Part shown: piece by piece, positions 1 through 9,750 of the stretch
Numbering within the stretch: the first letter of the stretch is position 1
How the letters are laid out: every line of letters starts with the position of its first letter
Source: Narcine bancroftii
Lineage: Eukaryota
Length of the DNA: 64,000 nucleotides
Assembly: GCF_036971445.1 (NCBI RefSeq)
Contig: NC_091473.1
Location: 129,456,001 to 129,520,000, forward strand
Direction of reading: 5' to 3'
Notes under the pieces: model-generated
Databases searched by the model: none
What the model saw: only the letters and a program-made list of their open reading frames with translations
What the model was told of the DNA's origin: nothing
Program-made: the position numbers and the translations under genes

Positions 1-335
1 TCCCTTTCGGCTTCTCCTAGATACCATACAAGCCTGATTTTTTCTAATCCTAGCGGCACCTTCCCCTGACTCTGCAGCACTTTCCGTATCTGATCGTACC
101 GTTTCATAGCCTTTACTTCCTCTCCCTTTGGTAGTCCTACCATTAATTGACTCCTTGTTTTTTCCTACTGCTGGTTCACAGATGGAGGAATCCATACACA
201 TCCCCCATATTCCTGACATTCCCCTAATTCTCCTTCCATCTTTCGTTCCTATCTTTTTTCCTTCAGACCTCGTAATTCAATGAGTCTCTCACCTGGTAGA
301 ATTTCGCCGCCCTTCAACCTACTGCGAACCTTCAT
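1..335 (-). pseudogene. Putative gag 5' end of the ERV-like element (runs off the window)
   Basis: Frame from ATG at 335: MKVRSRLKGGEILPGERLIELRGLKEKR*ERKMEGELGECQEYGGCVWIPPSVNQQ*EKTRSQLMVGLPKGEEVKAMKRYDQIRKVLQSQGKVPLGLEKIRLVWYLGEAER. It lies downstream of the PBS and a leader donor GAG/GTAAGC (~660). Assigned by position only. Confidence 0.45.
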
Positions 336-749
336 GCTTTCTCGTAAAACACAATACTCAACCAAATAACTCTTATGCAATACTAAAACAAATAACTCTT
401 ATACAATATGTTAACTAAATGGCCAAGACTTTTAACTTTTATAACTATGTCTCTACTAGGGGACTCTAACCCCTATTCCTCTAGGGGGCCTGTAACCCCC
501 ATTTTTCTCCAGGGGACTCTAGCCCCCATTTTCCCCAGGATTTTCCCCGGATTTTTTAAGCTTTATTCATTGACTTCTACTAGTATTTTTGCAGTGGTGA
601 CAACACACAATTTTATCGTTGCCAATAGCAGAACTTCGTTTAAACAGGCGTCTGCTTACCTCTTTTTGTTGAGTGGCCACTTGTTGTTATCACCACACCA
701 CACTCGACCGTTGTTTCGTCCCTTTCTCTTCCGTCCCTTCTCCATCTTC

Positions 750-767
750 ATCACGTCGGGGTCACCA
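750..767 (-). promoter_or_regulatory. Primer binding site, tRNA-Trp
   Basis: Minus strand TGGTGACCCCGACGTGAT is complementary to the last 18 nt of vertebrate tRNA-Trp(CCA), the same PBS as ALV/RSV. Confidence 0.9.
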
Positions 768-770
768 AAT

Positions 771-1474
771 TGTCGGACTCTGGCTTTACCTTACCCTCAA
801 TTTAGTCTATGTGTTGTCTGAGTCCAGCGTGCTTGTTGAATTAAGTGATAGGAGAAGGTATTCGGTTTCACAATCAGTTTATTACATAGTACAAGAATAA
901 AGCTTAAGAGAGCTCAGGTTCATTCGTTAGTTCATAGGTCACCTGCTCAGTGAGCTATTCCCCAAGACTGACTCCTACTGTCCAGTCTCTTCTGTTTATG
1001 TAGATCAACATTATTACACTGAACAAAGTTGGCTTTCTTTGCTAGATTCCTTGCATAAGATTTATCTCAAGCAATTTCCTGCTCTGCAGTTATCTAGGGT
1101 GTAGACCTCCCATCTTAATCCTCAAGGCCAGAACATCCTGTTGTCTTGATCAGAAATCAATTCATACCCCATATATTTCTAATTATTTCTTTGTTCTCAT
1201 CTGGCCATAGTCTTCTGTTCTACTCAACACGTCCTCATGACTTAGCATTCCTACTAAATTGGTTCATACATTTTCTCTCTTTTGTATTTGGAGACAGCAA
1301 ATTCTACATGTACTATAATCAGCCAACTTTGCAACATACTGTGGCTATTACTTAATTGCATTCCTATTTCCCTTAAACAGTCTAATTGAAGTAAATTGTT
1401 ACATAGTACTGGATTAATGAATACATAATACATAGGCATATTTTCTATGATTACTTAACCCCTTGGTTCCAACA
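771..1474 (-). mobile_element. 5' LTR of an endogenous retrovirus-like element
   Basis: Minus strand runs TGTTGGA...TCCGACA (imperfect terminal inverted repeats). AATAAA at 883-878 and a TATA-like TACATAAA near 1002-995. The PBS follows 3 nt after the LTR end. Confidence 0.8.
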
Positions 1475-2470
1475 TAGGCTGGGAAGAACAGGGAGGAGCA
1501 CAGACAAAAGTTGATAATTGGACATGGGTAGGAGGAGATGAGAGGACAGGTGAGAATTGATCGGAAGAATGGGATGGCTCTGTGAATGCAGAACTGGGGG
1601 AAAGGAGATGGGGTAAGAGAAAAGAGAGAGAGAGAGACAGAGCTAGAGAAAAGTAGAAATGAAGAGAGATGGGGGTGGGGGGTTGTTAACAGAAATTGGA
1701 GAAGTCGTTGTGAATGTGATCTGGTCAGAGGGTGTCGAGATGGAATATGAAATGTTGTTCATCCAATTTCTGAGTCGTCCAAGTCTGGTTGTGCATGTGA
1801 CCATGGAAATAGGGCAGGGAATTGAACAGGATTGTCATTGAGGAAAGATTACGCAAATGAGGAAAGATTGCGCAAATTGAGGAAAGATTACACAAATTGG
1901 GACTGTACTCGCTGGAGTTGAGAAGATTGGGAGGGGATCTCATAGAGACATATAAAATTCTGGCAGGACTGGACAGAATGGATGCGGAAGGGATGTTTCC
2001 AATGGTGGGGGAGTCCAGAACCCGGGGCCATGGTTCGAGGATAATAGGCAAACCATTTAGGACCGAGATGAGGAGGAATTTCTTTACCCAGAGGGTGGTG
2101 AATCTGTGGAATTCATTGCCACAGAGGGCAGTAGAGGCAGGTTCATTAAATATATTTAAGAGGGAATTAGATCTATTTCTTCAGTATAAGGGTATTAAAA
2201 GTTACGGAGAGAAGGCGGGGACGGGGTACTGAACTTTAAGATCAGCCATGATCTCGTTGAATGGTGGAGCAGGCTCGAAGGGTCGAATGACCTACTCCTG
2301 CTCCTATCTTCTATGTTTCTATGTCATAGGGTCTATTGCGGCAGACAGAGCCAAGGTGCTGAACAAAGCAATCTCCCTATCTGTGTCCTGTCTTTCTGAT
2401 GTAGAACAGACCACAATGGGAGCACCGGATGCAGTGGATGACCCTTGCAGATTCACAAGTGTAGTGTTAC
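1475..2470 (-). mobile_element. Penelope-like element remnant (GIY-YIG region), split by a CR1 insertion
   Basis: Minus translation HYTCESARVIHCIRCSHCGLFYIRKTGHR*GDCFVQHL (~2465-2350) continues after the CR1 as ...KLDEQHFIFHLDTL, typical of a PLE GIY-YIG C-terminus. Confidence 0.8.
1839..2321 (+). mobile_element. Young CR1 LINE 3' fragment
   Basis: ORF LYSLELRRLGGDLIETYKIL...RTRGH...FFTQRVVNLWNSLP, (TTCTATG)n tail, TSD TGTCAT (1833-1838/2322-2327). Near-identical to 57880-58328. Confidence 0.95.
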
Positions 2471-2984
2471 TTATACATCGAATAAGGGCTCAGGCTCAAA
2501 GGGCTGGTTTTGTATCTTTACCTTGTATGGACCCTGGGAGTCCTGCTGGGTTCCTCCTGCTTTTCTGTGTGCTCACTACAATCACAGTGTCTGCAGACTT
2601 TTGTGTTTCACTCCTCTCTGGGAACATTAATTCTTCTGAATGTGTGGTGCCCAGAATTGGACTTAATTTAACAGTCGTGACCTGACCAATGTTATTGTAA
2701 TGTTCAGATGAAATCTGTTTTTGTTCCCCATGCTTCTGTTCAATCCCAGGTCTATATAAAAATATACTCAATTTCCTTGCATCCAAGCATAATGCTCTGT
2801 CAGAAAATATTCTCTCTTGTAAAATTTGTAACTCAAGATCAATGCAAGTGGGGGTAATTAAGCATATGGCATGCTTTCATTTGCTCCTACAAAGATAGGG
2901 GAAATGAAATAGTGAAAATATGCTTAAAATCCCAGAAGCAAACATGCATTTCTGAAGTAGTTTGACCAAATAGCCCATATTTAT

Positions 2985-3230
2985 GTAAAACACAATGCTG
3001 TAGAAACTTATCAGGTCAAACAGTGTACTTTAGAGAGCAAAGATAAAGACACATATCCAACATTTTGGGCTTTAGGTATCAGCAAACCCTTACCTCGATG
3101 AAGGGCTCAAGCCTGAAACATCTTTATCTTTGCTCTCTAAAGTACACTGCTTGACCTGATGAATTTCTCCAGCATCGTGTTTTTTTTTTACTTCAGTCAC
3201 GCTGTCTCCACACTTTCCTGTTTTCATCAG
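2985..3230. repeat. Inverted pair of Penelope terminal repeats (hairpin)
   Basis: ~63-bp arms at 2987-3049 and 3121-3185 are reverse complements. The spacer contains TCGATGAAGGGCTCAAGCCTGAAAC. Confidence 0.8.
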
Positions 3231-3277
3231 TTTTGCGTCTTCACCATTCATCTGGAAAAGTGGAGACCTACTACAGG

Positions 3278-3560
3278 TCTTCTTTGGCTTGGCTTCGCGG
3301 ACGAAGATTTATGGAGGGGGTAAAAAGTCCACGTCAGCTGCAGGCTCGTTTGTGGCTGACAAGTCCGATGCGGGACAGGCAGACACGATTGCAGCGGTTG
3401 CAAGGGAAAATTGGTTGGTTGGGGTTGGGTGTTGGGTTTTTCCTCCTTTGCCTTTTGTCAGTGAGGTGGGCTCTGCGGTCTTCTTCAAAGGAGGTTGCTG
3501 CCCGCCAAACTGTGAGGCGCCAAGATGCACGGTTTGAGATGTTATCAGCCCACTGGCGGT
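3278..3560 (-). mobile_element. RTE LINE 3' fragment
   Basis: Nearly identical to the 3' end of 37720-39417; (GAA)n tail. Confidence 0.95.
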
Positions 3561-4261
3561 AACATTGGTATTAAGATACAAAAGCCCAGTGGTGAAGATC
3601 TGAACTAGATTCATTCTACAGACAGCTTTATTATTAACGTTGGATTATGTTAGAAGTGAGAGTTGGGATTGAAGTGAGTGAGACAGACTGAAAGATGTAC
3701 GGCTCTGTGTTTGGTAAGTTTTTTTTGTCTTCACAAAACATCTTTTCAGGTTAGGGCAATAAGACAGAAAAAAAATATTCTTTCTCTTTTACCCTTTTCT
3801 TAAGTCTTGAGCAGAGTAAGTGCAACCAAGCAGATGGCATCCTCTCTCTTGCTCCGACTGAGATCAAGAGAAAATCTACTCACTGATTACACCTCCACAT
3901 AACCTTCTGTTACAATTTTGGGCATTTTATATAACTGTCATTTATCTTAAGGGTTCAACAGCACTTTCCTACAATTTGGATGCTTTATCTTTCTGTAAAC
4001 TTCTGTTCTAGAAGGTTATTCCCAACATTAACAATTATCATACCTACAATGTAAGGGTGAACGTAAGCTCAGACTGTTTGCTGACACGTGAACAGGTGGA
4101 AATATGAAGTAAGGTAAATGTTATTTATTTTTAAATGCCAAATAGATCCAGAAAAGGCTTGGATTCGGGCAAATTTCTTGGCTGCTATGAATAACTGCAT
4201 CTTTAGACTTGAAAATCATTCCATTTTATTGTCAAGGAGTATTCAGCTGCTTCCACCTCCT

Positions 4262-4458
4262 CTTTCTTTGGCTTGGCTTCGCGGACGAAGATTTATGGAG
4301 GGGGTAAAAAGTCCACGTCAGCTGCAGGCTCGTTTGTGGCTGACAAGTCCGATGCGGGACAGGCAGACACGGTTGCAGCGGTTGCAAGGGAAAATTGGTG
4401 GGTTGGGGTTGGGTGTTGGGTTTTTCCTCCTTTGGCTTTTGTCAGTGAGGTGGGCTCT
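4262..4458 (-). mobile_element. RTE LINE 3' fragment
   Basis: Encodes ...FPCNRCNRVCLSRIGLVSHKRACS followed by the same 3' UTR. Confidence 0.95.
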
Positions 4459-5139
4459 TGGCATATCACATCGCAAAAGCTCCCTCAGCAAAGAGTTTGC
4501 AGAGAGTCCTCTGTCTGATGATTCACCAGATAATCTAAGAAATCTAACTCTGGGGAGCATTTAAATATTGTTTCTTAGATACATTTTATGCAATCATATA
4601 TTTTCAAGTATAAACTAAATGATTTTAGAAATTGGATGTTTTCCCACAGTTGCCTGTAATTGCCAATTTTACCACAGTACATCAAGTGGTAACCAAAAAA
4701 AAACTTTTTCTGGCTTTGCCAGAAATTTATATTGATACAGCTGGCATCAATTTAAACTGGTGATCTCAGTCTGAATGCAAACCTTTGATCGGGAGGATTT
4801 CATTTTCAAACTTTAATTAAAATGGAACATTTATCATACCATCTCTTAATTCAGTGATTGATTTGTTGACCCAAGACCAATTCGAATGAGGTCCACATTC
4901 TTTATAGACAATTATGTGCCGCACCTGGTTAATGCCTTTTTTAATTGACATGAAGTTCCACTACTTACCTGGCTCCTCACACCAGTGAACTCTCTGATCA
5001 TATTAGCTGAATGGAAATATAGCAAGAGCCACAGGTTACAAGTTTAATCGATGTTCTTGGTTTCCAAATATGAGATTCTGCAACATTCATGTCTGGATGG
5101 TGTATGCCCCATGGGTAGGAAGGCTTCATGATAGAGGTA

Positions 5140-5372
5140 ATGATTCCATTATTGTCCCATACAACATTTAGACTGAGACTGAGACATACATGAAATTTAA
5201 AAAAAACTTTTGTCTACTTTAACGCAGACAGCGTGTCATCACTTTGTCCAATGCCCCTCACAGAAGCCTACAGCATCTGGTGTTCCTAGGTGGTCTCCCC
5301 TCCAAGTACTGACCAGTCCTGAACCTGCTTAGCTTCCGAGATCAGACAATCTCAGGCATATTCAGGCTATTA
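5140..5372 (-). mobile_element. 5S rRNA-derived SINE (SINE3-like); 5S part 5264-5372
   Basis: Minus GTCTGATCTCGGAAGCTAAGCAGG...AGTACTTGGAGGGGAGACCACCTAGGAACACCAGATGCTGTAGGCTT matches 5S rRNA including the A/IE/C boxes. No T-run terminator follows directly; it continues into a body ending in a GACAATAA-type tail. Confidence 0.75.
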
Positions 5373-6129
5373 GATAATGCCCTGCATGCTGGGGTACTTG
5401 ACCAAGAGCAGGCAACATTTAGTTGATGCTCAAGAGCTGCTTAGGAATGACTTCTTTGCTATGAATTCAGGCATCACCACTCTCCTGGCCCCAAATGCAT
5501 TTTGGGGTGAAAGTTGATATTTCCACAGGAATGTTCCTAAACTGTTAGATGGACATATTAAACTGAAAAAAAAAAGAACTTTCCAAACAAATGCTTTTCA
5601 AGTTTGCATTAAGACGTCATTGCATTTCATCCTTACTCCCTACAAAAATAAAATTCTGAAATAAGTCAAAATGGCTTCTGAAATACACTCCTAGTCATGC
5701 AGTGAAATGTGATCTACAAAGCCCTCAACTTGATGTGGCTCAACCTGTGATAAATAGCAAGAGTGCATTTCTTAATGGTATAATCTCTCCCTCATCACAG
5801 TTGAAAACCACTTGGAGGTCAAGAGTAACATTTACCTTGCTGGAAGATCCACCCTTCTGTGTTATGCTGGCTTTGGAATTCTTTGACTATTTTATATGAA
5901 TCCATCATATTTTTTCCTACTGCTGGAAAGTGGGGTGAGGCTGGGAGACTTTTTCAACTGGCAGTGAGAAGATGGGCAAATGATCTCCTATTACACAAAC
6001 AAAAACTGCTGGAAACACTCACAAGGTTAGACAGCACCGTCAAAAAGAAAATGGTTAATATTTTTGGTCAGTGACCTATGCTGGACACATGACATCTCTG
6101 CACCTGTCAGGAAGTGACTACACTTCCTT

Positions 6130-6520
6130 TGAAGGCCTCCATTCTGTTATCTTTCTATAGGAACTCTATTGTGAGTGTCCTGGCCAACTGCATCACACTG
6201 TGGTAAGATTGCTGTAGACCATTGGATCAGAGGTCAATCCACAGGACCATAAAAGCAGCAGAGAGAATTACTGGAGTCTCCTCCACCACCCCCCTATCCT
6301 CATTGATATGATTTACTGGGATAATTGTTTAAAGAGGGTTCACAAAATTAGGGAGAACTCCTACAACCCCACATTCAGCATCTTCCAGCTATTCCCATCA
6401 GGAAAAACATACAGAAGTTTCATAGCCAGGACCACCAGCTTCTTCTCTTGAAAATTCTGAATGACTGTTATAAACAACTTTCTCTGAATCTCCAATTTAT
6501 TAAAAAAATATTAATTTTAA
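6130..6520 (+). mobile_element. Rex/Babar-like LINE 3' remnant (continues ~7750-7860)
   Basis: Decayed FYR.SIVSVLA.CITLW motif (consensus NFYRCTIESILT.CITVWYG). Host of the inverted RTE. Confidence 0.65.
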
Positions 6521-6531
6521 TATATGCTCAT

Positions 6532-7738
6532 TCTTCTTTGGCTTGGCTTCGCGGACGAAGATTTATGGAGGGGGTAAATGTCCACGTCAGCTGCAGGCTC
6601 GTTTGCGGCTGAAAAGTCCCATGCGGGACAGGCAGACACGGTTGCAGGGGAAAACTGGTTGGTTGGGGTTGGGTTTTTCCTCCTTTGCCTTTTGTCAGTG
6701 AGGTGGGCTCTGCGGTCTTCTTCAAAGGAGGTTGCTGCCCGCCAAAATGTGAGGCGCCAAGATGCACGGTTTGAGGCGATATCAGCCCACTGGCGGTGGT
6801 CAATGTGGCAGGCACCAAGAGATTTCTTTAGGCAGTCCTTGTACCTTTTCTTTGGTGCACCTCTGTCACGGTGGCCAGTGGAGAGCTCGCCATATAACAC
6901 GATCTTGGGAAGGCGATGGTCCTCCATTCTGGAGACGTGACCTACCCAGCGCAGCTGGATCTTCAGCAGCGTGGACTTGATGCTGTCGACCTCTGCCATC
7001 TCGAGTACTTTGACGTTAGGTATGAAAGTGCTCCAATGAATGTTGAGGATGGAACGGAGACAACACTGGTGGAAGCATTCTAGGAGCCGTAGGTGATGCC
7101 AGTAGAGGACCCATGATTCGGAGCCGAACAGGAGTGTCGGTATGACAATGGCTCTGTATACGCTTATCTTTGTGAGGTTTTTCAGTTGGTTGTTTTTCCA
7201 GACTCTTTTGTGTAGTCTTCCAAAGGCGCTATTTGCCTTGGCGAGTCTGTTGTCTATCTCGTTGTCGATCCTTGCATCTGATGAAATGGTGCAGCCGAGA
7301 TAGGTAAACTGGTTGACCGTTTTGAGTTTTGTGTGCATGTGCCCGATGGACAGCTCCAAGAAAAGTGCAGAGAACAAAACAAAGGACTCTACATCACCTT
7401 TGTTGACCTCACCAAAGCCCTCGACACCGTGAGCAGGAAAGGGCTTTGGCAAATACTAGAGCGCATCGGATGCCCCCCAAAGTTCCTCAACATGGTTATC
7501 CAACTGCACAAAACCAACAAGGGCGGGTCAGATATAGCAATGAGCTCTCTGAACCCTTCTCCATTAACAATGGCGTGAAGCAAGGCTGTGTTCTCGCACC
7601 AACCCTCTTTTCAATCTTCTTCAGCATGATGCTGAATCAAGCCATGAAAGACCTCAACAATGAAGACGCTGTTTACATCTGGTACCGCACGGATGGCAGT
7701 CTCTTCAATCTGAGGTGCCTGCAAGCTCACACCAAAAC
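6532..7738 (-). mobile_element. 5'-inverted RTE LINE (minus 6532-7350; inverted plus segment 7351-7738)
   Basis: Minus part encodes SIGH..TKLKTVNQF to the 3' end; plus part encodes QLQEKCREQ...LQAHTK. Perfect TSD TATATGCTCAT at 6521-6531 and 7739-7749. Confidence 0.92.
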
Positions 7739-8204
7739 TATATGCTCATATGTACTGTCTATATATATCTCCATGTGTGCTTTTTCCACACGAGTGTTTG
7801 GTGCTATTTTGCACTGTGAACTGGTTGAAAATTGGATACAAACAACTTGAACTTTTTCAGATGATACCGAAGGCTTTCATAAAATTGTCTAACTTGATGT
7901 GTTACTTCTTGTTTTCCTTCCACCCATTCTCTCCGACTTGCTGAGCGATTCCACCATTTTGTTTTTATTCTGGAATTTCAGAATCTACAGATTTTTGTTG
8001 GTTTTCATTGACAGTTGTGCATTTTTTTAAAAACTTCAGGCAAAACTGGAGAAGGCACAGAGGAAATTCTCCAGGATGTTTCCTGTGTTGAATATTGTAG
8101 TGGTTAGGAGAGCATGGATAGGTTGCGTTTATTTACCTTCTGGTGAATTTGAAAAGGCTGAGGGGAGAACTGATGGAGATAAACAAAGAATAAGGAACAC
8201 AGTA

Positions 8205-8522
8205 CAGGTCGAGTACCCCTTAACCAAGGTTCGGAAATCCAAAATGCTCCAAAATCCGAAACTTTTTGACCGCTGACATGACACTACAAGCGGGCGCCAG
8301 TCTGTTACCGACCATCGTCACCGTCAGACCAACGTGCATTACTCACTGTGCTTTTTGCCATCGAGCAGAATTTCTAGTATTTGGTGCTGCATTTATCTTT
8401 TGTAAGCAGAGATCAAGTTTTTTTTTGGGTGAGTACAAAACATTATTCCACAATCTGGAAAAAATCCAAAATTACGAACACTTCTGGTCCAATGCATTTG
8501 GGTAAGGGGTACTCGACCCCTG
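8205..8522. mobile_element. Tc1/mariner Tigger-type MITE (Tigger4/Zombi-like)
   Basis: TIRs CAGGTCGAGTACCCCTTA...TAAGGGGTACTCGACC(CC)TG, TA on both sides; sits inside an old CR1 remnant. Confidence 0.85.
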
Positions 8523-8574
8523 TAATCAGATGCGTAGATTTAAGGCAAGAAGAATGAGCTTTAGAGGAGATAGA

Positions 8575-8704
8575 TAACCAATTTTCCCCTGCAACCGCGT
8601 CTGCCTGTCCCGCATCGGACTTGTCAGCCACCAACGAGCCTGCAGCTGACGTGGGCATTTACCCCCTCCATAAATCTTCGTTCGCGAAGCCAAGCCAGAG
8701 AAAA
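8575..8704 (+). mobile_element. RTE LINE extreme 3' fragment
   Basis: RTE 3' sequence with 12-bp TSD AGAGGAGATAGA (8563-8574/8705-8716). Confidence 0.9.
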
Positions 8705-9414
8705 AGAGGAGATAGAAGGAGGAATTTTTTTACCCAAAGGGTGGTTGGAATTTGGAATGCTCTTGTCTGAGAGGGTAGAGAAGTCACTGATATTTTAGAA
8801 GTATTTCAGATTTGAGATTTAATGTCAGATTTTTGGCCCCTCCTGGCCATGTGGAAAATGTTTGGCACTTCAGACTCAAAACATGCTATTCACTATTATT
8901 TCATTCTTCTCATGATCTACAACCCCATGATACATATGATATCATACAACCCTGAGATTCTTCTAGGTGAGCACTTGAATCATTGAAAACTGTGGACAAG
9001 GTTTTGGTAAAGAATGTCAGTCTAGATGCCTACTTGATGGTCAAGGTGGGACGAAGGTCCTGTTTCTGTGCTGTTTGCAGTTATGACATAATGGCTAAGA
9101 GTTGTCTTCTCTGGATGTATGAATTTTCATTCACTTGAGGAACACAGAAATGGATTGTATGCCATCACCAGGTTTATCAGGAGGATAAACTGAAAGCAAT
9201 TATGGTGAGCCATGGTAATGAGAGATTGCTGTAATATGTTCAGCATAGGTAGATCTACAAAGATGCATAGCAGAATGATAGCACGTCACCCAGACTCTCC
9301 TAACCGATTATTAGTGTATTTTATTGAAGTTAAGGATTAGGGTGTGGAAAGATTCATGATTATTTTATTGCCATGTAATAAAACAGATGTAATATTTCAC
9401 GAAATTGTAGTTTT

Positions 9415-9750
9415 GTCCAGCTTCCCTGCTCTCCTCTTCCCCTCCCCTTTCCTGTTCTACCTCCCTTCCCCCTCTATTCACCTTGCCATCCCTCCTCCCC
9501 TTGATCGCTGCTGACCCCCCTCCCTTCTCCACCTATCACCTCCTGATTTGTAACCACCAGTCCTCCCTCACTCTTTTGTTCAGACACCTGTTGATGTTTT
9601 TCCATAACTTGATGAAGGGCTCAAGCCTGAAATGTCGGTTATATAATTTTATCTTTTGCTATATAGAGGACACTGCTTGACCTGCTGAGTTTCTCCAGCA
9701 TTGTGTTTTTACTTCAACCATAGTGTCTGCAAATTATCGTGTTTTACTAT
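9415..9750 (+). mobile_element. Penelope-like 3' end / terminal repeat
   Basis: CT-rich tract, then the hammerhead motif, then TGACCTGCTGAGTTTCTCCAGCATTGTG...GTCTGCA shared with the other PLE ends. Confidence 0.75.
9604..9642 (+). ncRNA. Minimal hammerhead ribozyme motif (decayed) in PLE repeat
   Basis: ATAAC-TTGATGA-A-GGGCT/CA/AGCCT-GAAA-TGTC-GGTTAT: stem I ATAAC/GTTAT, core (C>T)UGAUGA, stem II, GAAA and a GUC site. Confidence 0.6.

Noticed and set aside
750-767. tRNA-Trp gene
   Set aside because: Only the 3' 18 nt including CCA are present; this is a PBS.
408-821. 137-aa plus-strand ORF
   Set aside because: Antisense to the ERV leader, PBS and LTR; no recognisable domain.
3233-3614. Recurring ORFs such as MASRTKIYGGG... 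and MVPATLTTAS...
   Set aside because: Alternative-frame or antisense translations of the RTE 3' end, not a gene family.
5264-5372. Functional 5S rRNA gene
   Set aside because: 5' end is degraded, many substitutions, no oligo-T terminator directly after the gene, and not in a tandem array.
6517-7452. 311-aa ORF as a novel chimeric gene
   Set aside because: By-product of the RTE inversion junction; it lacks the RT catalytic core.
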